Position numbers and translations under genes: made by a program | In this document: in pieces, positions 1-8,932 of the stretch | Position numbering within the stretch: the stretch's first letter is position 1 | How the letters are laid out: every line of letters starts with the position of its first letter | The notes under the pieces: model-generated | Database searches by the model: none | What the model saw: the letters and a program-made list of their open reading frames with translations, nothing else | What the model was told of the DNA's origin: nothing | NCBI GenBank assembly: GCA_046484125.1 | Contig: JAWOBX010000095.1 | Span: forward strand, 1-61,015 | Length of the DNA stretch: 61,015 nucleotides | DNA from: Dehalococcoidia bacterium | Lineage (GTDB): Bacteria > Chloroflexota > Dehalococcoidia > SZUA-161 > SpSt-899 | Direction: 5' to 3'

Positions 1-1
1 T

Positions 2-110
2 CTAAGGAACCTCTTCAGTAAGAGATGACTTCGGTAATCTGGGGGTATTCCCCAGCTTCATAAGTTCCCCATGATCGGGGAATTCAGAGTGTTGATCAGA
101 TGGTCCTCAG
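2..110 (+). repeat. MITE-like dispersed repeat family 1, copy A
   Basis: TAAGGAACCTCTTCAGTAAGAGATGACTTCGG...GTTGATCAGA is near-identical to 271-380 and similar to 51951-52142 (reverse) and 59014-59112. Imperfect terminal inverted repeats CTAAGGAACCTCT / AGATGGTCCTCAG. Confidence 0.85.
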
Positions 111-125
111 TGAATTTTCCCTGAC

Positions 126-185
126 GGTTCTGTACAAATGTTGAAGCAATGCTACTTTCACCCCATTGCTTCACTTGAAAAGCTG
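126..185 (+). repeat. Dispersed repeat family 2, copy A, with 10-bp hairpin TGAAGCAATG/CATTGCTTCA
   Basis: Aligns by eye with 32409-32468 (GGTTCTGTACAAATG...GCAATGCTA.TTTCACC.CATTGCTTCACT.GAAAAG). Confidence 0.8.
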
Positions 186-238
186 ACTACACCGGCGACG
201 TACTCGCAAAGCGCGAGTACGTCGCCGGTGTAGTCAGC
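182..238. repeat. Perfect 26-bp inverted repeat with 5-nt loop
   Basis: GCTGACTACACCGGCGACGTACTCGC-AAAGC-GCGAGTACGTCGCCGGTGTAGTCAGC. Confidence 0.95.
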
Positions 239-270
239 GTCGGATGGTTAGTGGGAACAAGGCTTAGTAA

Positions 271-380
271 CTTAAGGAACCTCTTCAGTAAGAGATGACT
301 TCGGGGGTGTGGAGTTATCTCCCAGCTTTAAAAGTCCCCCGTAATTGGGGGACTTAAGGGGTTGATCAGAGGGTCCCTCA
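271..380 (+). repeat. MITE-like dispersed repeat family 1, copy B
   Basis: Starts CTTAAGGAACCTCTTCAGTAAGAGATGACTTCGG like copy A; internal G/C-run hairpins. Confidence 0.85.
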
Positions 381-386
381 TTAGTT

Positions 387-1583
387 TTACCCTTTCATCA
401 AACCCCTCTCCTCCGCCACGCAGCGTACGCCACCCGCATCCATAGCCGCAATACATCTGTTACAATGATCGCAATCCGACCCGGATATTTCACCGGATTG
501 CAGTCTTTTTACAAAGTCGGCATCCCTCACGGTGGCCCTTCCTATCTCAATGAACTCAAATCCTTCATCCATAACTCTTTCCATATCATAGAGCGAGAGC
601 ACTCCACCAATATAGATTACCGGAATCTTCAATGCCTCTTTAAATCTGCGGGCCCCCTCCAGCAGGAAAGTCGGTTCGAAGGGATATTCCTCAACCATAA
701 AGCGCCCGAATAATATGAGTCCCAGCCTGAGCACCGGATTACTCTGATTCCTGGCCATATCGGCGGAAGGTACATTTCCCCTCATCATGTATAAAGGTGT
801 CCTCGCCGTGAACCCGCAACTCGGTATAACCGCTCCGGCCCCCGAAGCCTCGAAAATCCGCGCAACCTCGACCGCCTCATCTAGTTCCAGTCCGCCTTTA
901 AATCCGTCGCGCTGATTCATTTTGACCATAATGGGGAAATCGGGGCCCACTATCTCTCTTGTTCGCTTTATTACAGACGCCGGAAACCGTGCCCTGTTCT
1001 CCAGCGAGCCCCCGTACCGGTCTTTCCGATGATTTGTCCAGGGTGAAAGGAACTGGCTCAACAGGTAGCCATGGCCGGAATGAATCTCCACGGCATCGAA
1101 CCCCGCTTCCTTCGCCAATCCCGCGGCCCTGGCAAAATCCTCGATTTTACCCTCTATCTGGCCCTCTGTCATCTCTTTGCAGATTGACATGCGAAAAAGG
1201 CAGAACTTGCGCGAGGCCCCGATTGGTCTCGTTCCTATTTCACTGCGGCTGGCGAAAAAACCGCAGTGGCCTAACTGTATTGAGGCTTTAGCACCTTCAT
1301 CATGCACGGCGTCTGTAAGCCGCCTCAGGTCAGTTAAAACCTCTTCCCTCATCCATAGCTCGTGGCCGAAGGCCCTCCCGTCAAATGTCACTGAACAATA
1401 TGCCACTGTAGTCATCGCGACCCCCCCTTCAGCCACCCTCCGGTGATGCTCAATCAGTCCATCCGTTACCATTCCCTCCTGGCAAAGCCCTTCGAAGCAC
1501 CCGGACCTGATTATACGATTCCTCAACCTCAACCCGTCTATTGCCCCCGCGGTAAATACCCGGCTTTTCACCTCAGTACTCAC
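387..1583 (-). CDS. OYE-family NADH:flavin oxidoreductase, short type with C-terminal Cys cluster; candidate 3-oxo-5beta-steroid delta4-dehydrogenase/5beta-reductase
   Basis: LRNRIIRS, EIHSGHGYLLSQFLSP, YGGSLENRARF and CDHCNRC motifs. Start moved to GTG 1583 (AGGAG upstream) from the ORF-track 1739. Confidence 0.85.
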   Translation of the reverse strand: MSTEVKSRVFTAGAIDGLRLRNRIIRSGCFEGLCQEGMVTDGLIEHHRRVAEGGVAMTTVAYCSVTFDGRAFGHELWMREEVLTDLRRLTDAVHDEGAKASIQLGHCGFFASRSEIGTRPIGASRKFCLFRMSICKEMTEGQIEGKIEDFARAAGLAKEAGFDAVEIHSGHGYLLSQFLSPWTNHRKDRYGGSLENRARFPASVIKRTREIVGPDFPIMVKMNQRDGFKGGLELDEAVEVARIFEASGAGAVIPSCGFTARTPLYMMRGNVPSADMARNQSNPVLRLGLILFGRFMVEEYPFEPTFLLEGARRFKEALKIPVIYIGGVLSLYDMERVMDEGFEFIEIGRATVRDADFVKRLQSGEISGSDCDHCNRCIAAMDAGGVRCVAEERGLMKG

Positions 1584-1632
1584 TGGCTTGCTCCTTTTCT
1601 GCAGTTTAGGTTGGCCGCTTAACCGTAACTCT

Positions 1633-1794
1633 TCCGATTGGTTCTTATGGTAGATTTGTTCGATGCGAATTTCAACCCTGTTAACTAATCGTAAGTATAC
1701 TGAAAAAAGCCTCACCTGTAATCCTATAGAATCCCTCACGGAGAATAATATGTCCTAATGGTTCATTTCTAACGATTTATATGAACCAATTGGC
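1633..1794. promoter_or_regulatory. Three copies of a candidate operator GAACCAWWNGG in the divergent promoter region
   Basis: 1633-1645 (rc AGAACCAATCGGA), 1753-1765 (rc TGAACCATTAGGA), 1782-1794 (TGAACCAATTGGC). Confidence 0.5.
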
Positions 1795-1845
1795 ACCATA
1801 ATAGGTGAATAAGCGTAACTTATGCGTCGAAACCCCCTCGCAGGG

Positions 1846-1874
1846 TTGTCTTTTTTGAAATAAATATGTATAAT
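1846..1874 (+). promoter_or_regulatory. Sigma70-type promoter of the corrinoid methyltransferase operon
   Basis: TTGTCT-17 nt-TATAAT, about 60 nt upstream of ATG 1937. Confidence 0.6.
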
Positions 1875-1936
1875 GCAAACGTGTCGGAAGTAAACGAATA
1901 TAATTCATAGCTGATCACAAAACTACAGGGGGCAAG

Positions 1937-2572
1937 ATGGGTGTACTAGAAGATATCTCCAAAGCTGTCGAGGAACTGGAAAAAGAAAAAGCTCTTTCCC
2001 TGGTGCGGCAGGCCATTGACGAAGGGGTTGATCCGCCCAAGATAATTCAGGCTGGTATCGTGCCCGGATTGCAGGGTGTGGGTAAAAAGTTCGAGGCGGA
2101 GGAGTACTTCCTCGCCGAGTTGATGATGGGAGGCAAAGTCTCTCAGGCATGCATCGACCTGGTAACCCCTCATCTCCCGGACACCACGGGGAGCAAAGCC
2201 GGAACAGTGGTAATCGGCGCTGTAGAGGGCGATCTGCACGATATTGGCTACGGGCTCGTTGCCACTCAACTTGAACTCAATGGTTTCGAGGTTCACAAGC
2301 TGGGAGTCAACCTGCCGGCGATGACCTTTATCGATAAAGCGAAGGAGCACAACGCGGATATAATCGGCCTGTCCGCATTTCTGGTAACCACCATTCCCAA
2401 CTGCAATGAGGTCATTAACTACCTCAGAGATATGGGGCTTAAGGATAAATACAAGGTGATAATAGGTGGAACGGAAACCAGCCAGGAAAAAGCGGATGCG
2501 ATGGGCGCTGATGGCTGGGCCCCCAACGCCGTGGAAGCGGTCAAATTGTGCCAGCGACTTATGGGCCGCTAG
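1937..2572 (+). CDS. Corrinoid (B12-binding) methyltransferase cognate protein, MtmC/EmtB/AbeB-like
   Basis: Cap domain (GKKFEAEEYFLAELM) plus the B12 motif EGDLHDIG...IGLSAF...VIIGG. Confidence 0.95.
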   Translation: MGVLEDISKAVEELEKEKALSLVRQAIDEGVDPPKIIQAGIVPGLQGVGKKFEAEEYFLAELMMGGKVSQACIDLVTPHLPDTTGSKAGTVVIGAVEGDLHDIGYGLVATQLELNGFEVHKLGVNLPAMTFIDKAKEHNADIIGLSAFLVTTIPNCNEVINYLRDMGLKDKYKVIIGGTETSQEKADAMGADGWAPNAVEAVKLCQRLMGR

Positions 2573-2605
2573 TTTCCAGATTGTTAGCGAGGAGGAGAGG
2601 ATTAG

Positions 2606-3946
2606 ATGATCCCCATTATCGAGTTCCAGGAACGGGCTTTAAACGGCCCGGTAATGAAGAGTGATGAGTTTGATTTAGAATTCTCTATGAAAATCCGCGA
2701 ACTGGTCAAGAAATACAACATTGAATATAACGAGAATGAACTGGTAGTAGACGATGACACGGCTGACGCGGTATACCAGGCAGCGGTTGAACTTCTGGCC
2801 GAAGTCGGTATCTACCATATGGATACCGAACGGGTAATCAAGCTTACCAGAGAAGAGATCGAAGAGGTTGCGGGGGAATACCGGGGGAACCCCGGCCGTC
2901 ATACGTTCGGCAAAGGCAAGGACCAGGTGACAGTTGAATACCGGGCCAGCACGGATAAGAGGCCGCCCACTTTGTATGCCGGCTCGTGGGGAGTGGCGAA
3001 AGAGGAATGGTACAAACCTTATATAAAATCCTTCGTCCAGGAAGAAGCCATAGAGGCGATGGGAATAACCGCCGGTTTGGCCAATCTGGGTAACGTGAGG
3101 GCAAAGGCCGGAACTCCCAGCGAGGTCATCGTCGGGCTCTGGGAAAACGAGAGCGTAAAAGAGGTGGTCGAGGAGGTGGGAAGACCGGGGATGCATCTTG
3201 GATTGCTGGCCACACTTAGCAGCGCCGGTGGCATCATGACCGTAGTAGGAGCAGGCTTCCGGGACGCGCACAACACCCAGATCGGCGTTCATATCATACC
3301 GGAGATGAAGATAAGCTGGAGCCAGTTCGTTCTCGCCCATTATTGCCAGTTGCGGGGAATTCAGCCATGGCAGAGCTCAATGTCGATGATCGGAGGCCTT
3401 TGCCGTAATGCCGCGGACGCGGCGGTTGGATTGACAGCGAACCTGCTTGGCCAGCTTTCCTACGCTCAAGGCCAGTTGTGCAGCCTGTTCACCAATCATA
3501 TGGACGGAAAATCGGCCACCAAGCCGACACATTGGGCATTCAGCGCGGCCGCCCGTGCTTCTGAGCGAAATATAAAAGTGTGTATCGGCGGATGCGCTGC
3601 CGGCGTCCTCTGCAAGTCGCCGTTCACCCTGATTCAAGCTGTAAATATGGCCAGTCTGTTCACCGCCAGCGGTATGTCCTACTGCTGGATAGCGGGGAAT
3701 ACAGGCATAGAGGCCCGGTACACAGGTGAGGTAATGAACGCCATAGCGGGTATGGAGCGAGAGCAGGCCAATGAGCTGATTAATAACATGATGGAACTGC
3801 AACAAAAGTACGCTCCCGAGGTCAAAGGCAATACCTGTAAATTCCCGGATGTGTATGACCTGGAAACAGTCAAACCACACGGATGGTATGTTGACTACAT
3901 TGAAAAGGCAAAGGAGGAACTTGCAAGCTGCGGAGTTCCCTACTAA
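2606..3946 (+). CDS. MtmB-family substrate:corrinoid methyltransferase, non-pyrrolysine, paralog 1
   Basis: GIYHMDTERVIK, GRPGM, PEMKI, TGIEARY and YDLETVKP match recalled MtmB motifs. No in-frame TAG. Confidence 0.9.
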   Translation: MIPIIEFQERALNGPVMKSDEFDLEFSMKIRELVKKYNIEYNENELVVDDDTADAVYQAAVELLAEVGIYHMDTERVIKLTREEIEEVAGEYRGNPGRHTFGKGKDQVTVEYRASTDKRPPTLYAGSWGVAKEEWYKPYIKSFVQEEAIEAMGITAGLANLGNVRAKAGTPSEVIVGLWENESVKEVVEEVGRPGMHLGLLATLSSAGGIMTVVGAGFRDAHNTQIGVHIIPEMKISWSQFVLAHYCQLRGIQPWQSSMSMIGGLCRNAADAAVGLTANLLGQLSYAQGQLCSLFTNHMDGKSATKPTHWAFSAAARASERNIKVCIGGCAAGVLCKSPFTLIQAVNMASLFTASGMSYCWIAGNTGIEARYTGEVMNAIAGMEREQANELINNMMELQQKYAPEVKGNTCKFPDVYDLETVKPHGWYVDYIEKAKEELASCGVPY

Positions 3947-3977
3947 CGATAATTCAAATGACCAGTTTAATCGAGAG

Positions 3978-4781
3978 ATGCTGATTATCGGAGAATCCCT
4001 CAACGCCACTATTCCATCTGTTCGGCAGGCAGTCATTGAACACGATGAAAACAAGATTGCCTCTCTCGCGCGCACTCAGGCGGAGTGTGGGGCAAATATG
4101 CTTGACGTCAACGCCGCTGTACCAGAGCAGGACGAGGTCGAGAATCTGAGATGGATGGTTAAAACGGTGCAGAGGGCGACCGACCTGCCCCTGGTTCTGG
4201 ACAGCTCAGATCCACGGGCAATCGAGGCGGCACTGGAAATCTACAGGGGGCCACCCCCAATCCTTAACTCCATAACCGGGGAGATGACCGAGGGACATCA
4301 CCACCTCCTCGAACTCGCTGTCATGAACGGCTGCGGATTGGTTGTTATGTGCATGGATGAGACAGGGATTTCCCCCGACGCGGAAGTCAGGTTCTCCATA
4401 GCGGTGAAATTGTTCGAACGGGCCAGAGCCGCCGGACTCAGTCCTGAGAAAGTCTATGTAGACCCCCTCGTTATGGCCATAGGTGCTGATTACACCGCGG
4501 GCGCAACCTCCCTTCATGTCCTGCGCCTCATTCAGGAACGTTTGCCACAGGTGTACACGTTCTGTGGTGCCAGCAATATCAGCTGGGGAATGCCCATGCG
4601 CAGACTACTCAATCGAACCATGATCTCCATGCAGGTTTCACTGGGAATGCACGCTTTTCTCGTTGATGTGCGTGATAGCAAATTGATGTCCACGCTGATT
4701 GCGGCAAAGGCGCTCATCGGTCAGGATGAGTGGGGAATGGAGTACATAAGAGCCTATCGGACCGGGAGACTCAACGCCTGA
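3978..4781 (+). CDS. Methyltetrahydrofolate:corrinoid methyltransferase (pterin-binding, AcsE/AbeC-like)
   Basis: MLIIGESLNA, LDVN, PLVLDSSD, ILNS, VDPLV and GASNISWGMP motifs. Start at ATG 3978. Confidence 0.92.
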   Translation: MLIIGESLNATIPSVRQAVIEHDENKIASLARTQAECGANMLDVNAAVPEQDEVENLRWMVKTVQRATDLPLVLDSSDPRAIEAALEIYRGPPPILNSITGEMTEGHHHLLELAVMNGCGLVVMCMDETGISPDAEVRFSIAVKLFERARAAGLSPEKVYVDPLVMAIGADYTAGATSLHVLRLIQERLPQVYTFCGASNISWGMPMRRLLNRTMISMQVSLGMHAFLVDVRDSKLMSTLIAAKALIGQDEWGMEYIRAYRTGRLNA

Positions 4782-5407
4782 TGAGAACAGGATTAATCGT
4801 TTGCGGAGCACTGGGCCGTGAGGTAAAGAACATAGTGCGCAAGCACAGGTGGAATGCATCCATTCTCGGAGTGCCACCCCTCAATCATATGTATCCGCTC
4901 CGTATAGCTCCCGATGTAGAGAGGCGAATCCTGAAACTTCGGGCTGATTGTGATAACATAGCTGTCGTTTACGGTGAATGCGGCACGAGAGGAACCCTTG
5001 ATGAGGTTCTCAATAGATACGGGGCAAAGCGAATCGACGCACAGAATTGCTATGAAATGTATGCCGGAGAGATGTATCAGGAGTTGCTGGAAGAGGAGAG
5101 AGGAACTTTCTTTCTCACGGATTTCCTGGTCCGCACTTTTCACCGAGCCGTCATCGAAGGGCTGGGGCTGGATCGTTTTCCCGAGTTAAAAACTGACTAT
5201 TTCCATAATTGCAGGAGAATCGTTTACCTGGTTCAGAGAAGAGACCCCGAGCTATTGAGACGCGCGGAATCGATCTCTGAGTATATCGATGTTCCGCTGC
5301 AGGTTTACGATACGGGACTTAAGAACCTTGAGGACCGGCTCACAGACCTTTTTAGCAGGCTGCGCTTGGGTTCAACCGAAAACAGGCAGAGAATCCTCTC
5401 ATTCTGA
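4781..5407 (+). CDS. DUF1638 family protein
   Basis: IVCGALGRE, VVYGECGT, NCYEMY and TFFLTDFL motifs. ATG 4781 overlaps the previous TGA. Confidence 0.8.
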   Translation: MRTGLIVCGALGREVKNIVRKHRWNASILGVPPLNHMYPLRIAPDVERRILKLRADCDNIAVVYGECGTRGTLDEVLNRYGAKRIDAQNCYEMYAGEMYQELLEEERGTFFLTDFLVRTFHRAVIEGLGLDRFPELKTDYFHNCRRIVYLVQRRDPELLRRAESISEYIDVPLQVYDTGLKNLEDRLTDLFSRLRLGSTENRQRILSF

Positions 5408-5533
5408 ATGAGGTGAATAACGCGTGAGACCTCCGCAAACACCCGCACGGTATTTTTCACGGCCAACAGGGAATAAGTGGGAATTGTTATCAGTTGACTT
5501 TTCGATGAACAATCAGTATTAAGGAGTTGGTTA

Positions 5534-7192
5534 ATGGCAGACAAACCTCAGACATGGGATATCGAATGCGATTTCATCGCTGTCGGCTCCGGTATAGGCG
5601 GACTTACGGGCGCCATTATTGCCCATGACATCGGCCTGAAAACAGTGATACTGGAGAAGGCTCCCAAGCTCGGCGGCGTCTCAGCACTCTCAGGAGGTGA
5701 GATCTGGGTTCCCAACAACCACGTAATGAAGCGCCAGGGTATAAAGGATACGCGCGACGAGGCAAAACAGTACCTCGACTTCCTGTCAGGAGGGTTTGCC
5801 GAGCCGGAACTGGCCGAAATATTTCTTGACACAGCGCCGGTAGTTTGCGAGTACATGGAGGAGAAAGCAGGCGTTCGCTGGAAAACAATCCCCGATTTCG
5901 CTGATTATTTCTATCCCCATGCTCAGGGAGCGTTGAGAGAGGGGCGATACCTCGAAACCGAGATATTCAAGGGTTCCGACCTGGGAGAGTGGGAGTCACT
6001 GTCGCGCCTGACCCCTCATATGCCCTGTGGAATTACCGCCGAGGAGATGTTTAACTGGGGTGGCGGCGCATGCATGCTCAAATGGGATTTCGCGTTACTG
6101 GGCGAGAGGATGTCCGAGGGTTATCGCACCTTTGGCCCGGGAATGATGGCCTATTTCATCAAGGCAGCAGTTTTAGATAGACAAATCCCGGCGTATCTTA
6201 ATACCGGTGTAAAAGAGCTGGTGATGGATAACAATCGTGTTGTCGGCGTGCGCGCCGAACAGGACGGAAAGGATATCTGGATCGGTGCCCGTAAGGGTGT
6301 GCTCCTCTGTATGGGAGGGTATGACTGGAATGAAGAACTGGCCAGATATTACGAACAGATGCCGGAGTTGCGTTCCGCCTGTCCGCCCCAAATCGAGGGC
6401 GATCACCTGATATTCGGCTGTGAAATCGGAGCACAGGTAGCTGTTATTCCAGTGGGAACACTGGCGACCATGTTTGGCTACAACGTACCCAGCGAGGAGG
6501 CGGAAGGCAAGCCTCTGTGGCGATTATCCGCGGAAGGTGGTTATCCTCACGCAATCTGGGTTAATAAATACGGCCAGAGGTTCTGCGATGAATCCTTCTA
6601 TCCGCAATACTCACCGACTCCGCACATCTGGGATGGCAACCGGAAAGAGCATACCAACTTTCCGGTATATATGATCTTCGATCAGAACCATCGCGATAAA
6701 TATCCCATCGGCCATTTCGCGCCTGGAACAGAACTCCCCGAGGAAATGGTCAAGAGCGCCCCCACACTGAGGGAACTGGCCGGGATTATGGGAATCGACG
6801 CCGAAGGGCTGGAGGCATCGGTCACGCGCTTCAACGGTTTTTGTAAGGACGGTGTCGATAAGGATTTCGGTAAAGGGCAGTATCCGTGGGCCAACTTCAT
6901 GACCGGAGACCTTACCAATCAGCCGAATCCCAATATGGGGCCACTGGAGAAGCCGCCTTACTATTGCCTCAAGTTAACGATCAACTCCGTCGGCATTGAC
7001 TCCGCCGGCCTGAAAACCAATACCAACGGGGAAGTAATCCACGTACGAGGACGTCCGATAGCCGGCCTTTACGCGGCTGGTAACACGGCGGCAGCGCTGG
7101 ATACCGGCGCCGGGTATCAGAGTGGATTCGCCTGCACTCGTGGGATGGTGTGGTCATATATCGCCGCCAGGCACGCTGCCGGCAGACAGTAA
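5534..7192 (+). CDS. FAD-dependent 3-ketosteroid dehydrogenase family protein; candidate delta4-(5alpha) type
   Basis: VGSGIGG, GGVSALSGGEIWVPNN, RFCDES, GLYAAGN and C-terminal GYQSG. Confidence 0.8.
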   Translation: MADKPQTWDIECDFIAVGSGIGGLTGAIIAHDIGLKTVILEKAPKLGGVSALSGGEIWVPNNHVMKRQGIKDTRDEAKQYLDFLSGGFAEPELAEIFLDTAPVVCEYMEEKAGVRWKTIPDFADYFYPHAQGALREGRYLETEIFKGSDLGEWESLSRLTPHMPCGITAEEMFNWGGGACMLKWDFALLGERMSEGYRTFGPGMMAYFIKAAVLDRQIPAYLNTGVKELVMDNNRVVGVRAEQDGKDIWIGARKGVLLCMGGYDWNEELARYYEQMPELRSACPPQIEGDHLIFGCEIGAQVAVIPVGTLATMFGYNVPSEEAEGKPLWRLSAEGGYPHAIWVNKYGQRFCDESFYPQYSPTPHIWDGNRKEHTNFPVYMIFDQNHRDKYPIGHFAPGTELPEEMVKSAPTLRELAGIMGIDAEGLEASVTRFNGFCKDGVDKDFGKGQYPWANFMTGDLTNQPNPNMGPLEKPPYYCLKLTINSVGIDSAGLKTNTNGEVIHVRGRPIAGLYAAGNTAAALDTGAGYQSGFACTRGMVWSYIAARHAAGRQ

Positions 7193-7264
7193 TAATAAAA
7201 GCAAAGCCGTTGTTACCAGTTTATCAACCGTCATTGAAAATAAATCAGAATTAAGGAGGAATAA

Positions 7265-8911
7265 ATGGCCAATATGCCCGATAAATGGGACCTTGAAACC
7301 GACATTCTGGTTATGGGTACGGGAGGATCCGGTTTGGTTGCCGCTATAGTGGCACACGACCAGGGATCTCGAGTGAGCGTAATCGAAAAGGCCGGCACTG
7401 TGGGAGGCGCAACGGCCGTTTCCGGCGGCTTCCCCTGGATACCCAACAACCACCTGGAAAAGGAACTGGGATTCGATGATTCCAGGGAGGACGCACTTAC
7501 GTATATGAAATTCATCGCCCAGAGACAGGTAGACGACTCTCTTCTCGAGGCGTTTGTCGACAACGGTCCGGAGATGATCAAGTACATCGAGGATAATGCC
7601 GGGCTCCGATTCACTGTATCAGAAATGCCCGATTATCACGATACCAGGCCGGGGGGGAAATCCAGAGGCCGGAGCCTCGGCCCGCCGGCATTCGACTCCA
7701 ATGAGCTCGGCGAGTGGAAGAACCGTTTGCGTCAGGCGCCGGTGGTCATCTTCCCCATGTCCTGGGAAGACTATGAGAAAAGCAACGCAAAAGCGGACCC
7801 CAGGAACCTGGATTATCGCGTGCTAGCAGAGAACATGATGAAGGGCATAGTGGGGATGGGCATGGCCACGATAGGCTATCTTCTTAAGGCCTGCCTCGAC
7901 CGCGGTATTGAGCCCCTTATGGAGACCCCCGGGCGTGAATTGATCCAGGATAATGGGCGTGTCGTCGGTATACGGGCGGAACGAGAGGGCAGGGATTTTT
8001 ACATTCGCGTCGGACAGGGCGTTATTCTCGCCTCCGGTGGTTTCGAGTGGAGCGAAGAGCTGAAGAAGCAGTTCATCCCCAGTCCATGGGTATGCCCGTT
8101 AAGTCCACCAAGCAATGAGGGCGACGGTTTGAGAATGGCTATGGCAATTGGTGCCGATCTCGGCAATATGCACCAGGTCTGGGGAGTGCCCTCGGTCATG
8201 ATCCCGGGAGAGGAATACGAGGGAAAACCCCTCGGTCGAATGACGATGGGTGAGCGGGCGCTTCCTCACGTAATAATGGTAAATCGTAAGGGCAAGCGTT
8301 TCGTGGACGAATCATTCAACTACAGCGACGTGGCTAAAACCTACTGCGATATAGATCCGGTGGAATACGACCACCGCAACCTTCCTTCGTGGTGCGTCTT
8401 CGATCAACAGTTCAAGGATAAGTACATGGTGCTCACCAGCGCGCCTGGCGAGCCCGCTCAGGAATGGATGACTCAGGCTGATACACTGGAAGAGCTGGCC
8501 GAAAAAGCGGGTATCGACGCCGATAACCTCAAGGAGACGGTGAATAAATTCAATGAATATGCCGGACAGGGAGTCGACCCTGAATTCAATCGGGGAAGCA
8601 CTGCCTATGATAGATACATGGGCGATCCGAACCACGGTCCGAATCCAGCTCTTGGCGCCATTGAGAAACCTCCATTCTATGCTATGTCCGTGATAAGAGG
8701 CGCTCTCGGTTCGAAAGGAGGGCCAATGACCAACGCCAGCGGCCAGGTGCTTCATGTTATGGGTGGAGTGGTTGAAGGCCTCTATGCCGCGGGCAATGTT
8801 ATGGCCGCTACCAGCGGACCCGGATATGGTGGGGCCGGAAATACCATCGGGGCGGGGATGACCTGGGGCTATATAGCCGCCAGACACGCCTCCAAACAGG
8901 ATAAGAAATAG
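7265..8911 (+). CDS. kstD: 3-ketosteroid delta1-dehydrogenase-like flavoprotein
   Basis: GGATAVSGGFPWIPNN, MPDY, RFVDESFNY, LGSKGG and GYGGAGNTIG; all three KstD Tyr positions appear retained. Confidence 0.8.
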   Translation: MANMPDKWDLETDILVMGTGGSGLVAAIVAHDQGSRVSVIEKAGTVGGATAVSGGFPWIPNNHLEKELGFDDSREDALTYMKFIAQRQVDDSLLEAFVDNGPEMIKYIEDNAGLRFTVSEMPDYHDTRPGGKSRGRSLGPPAFDSNELGEWKNRLRQAPVVIFPMSWEDYEKSNAKADPRNLDYRVLAENMMKGIVGMGMATIGYLLKACLDRGIEPLMETPGRELIQDNGRVVGIRAEREGRDFYIRVGQGVILASGGFEWSEELKKQFIPSPWVCPLSPPSNEGDGLRMAMAIGADLGNMHQVWGVPSVMIPGEEYEGKPLGRMTMGERALPHVIMVNRKGKRFVDESFNYSDVAKTYCDIDPVEYDHRNLPSWCVFDQQFKDKYMVLTSAPGEPAQEWMTQADTLEELAEKAGIDADNLKETVNKFNEYAGQGVDPEFNRGSTAYDRYMGDPNHGPNPALGAIEKPPFYAMSVIRGALGSKGGPMTNASGQVLHVMGGVVEGLYAAGNVMAATSGPGYGGAGNTIGAGMTWGYIAARHASKQDKK

Positions 8912-8932
8912 AACGACAGAGGAGAACTTAAA

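Noticed and set aside
1-380. CRISPR array
   Set aside because: Only two long units with no regular repeat-spacer period; copies are dispersed elsewhere and there are no cas genes.
1740-1936. Cobalamin riboswitch upstream of the corrinoid operon
   Set aside because: The region is AT-rich, the predicted leader is only about 55 nt, and no B12-box was seen.
2606-3946. Monomethylamine utilisation or pyrrolysine recoding
   Set aside because: Neither MtmB homolog has an in-frame TAG, Gly occupies the Pyl position, and no pyl genes or amine permease are present.
5534-8911. Fumarate reductase/succinate dehydrogenase flavoproteins
   Set aside because: Same fold, but the motifs (SGG.xWxPNN, RFxDES, Tyr triad) are KstD-type and there are no Fe-S or anchor subunits.
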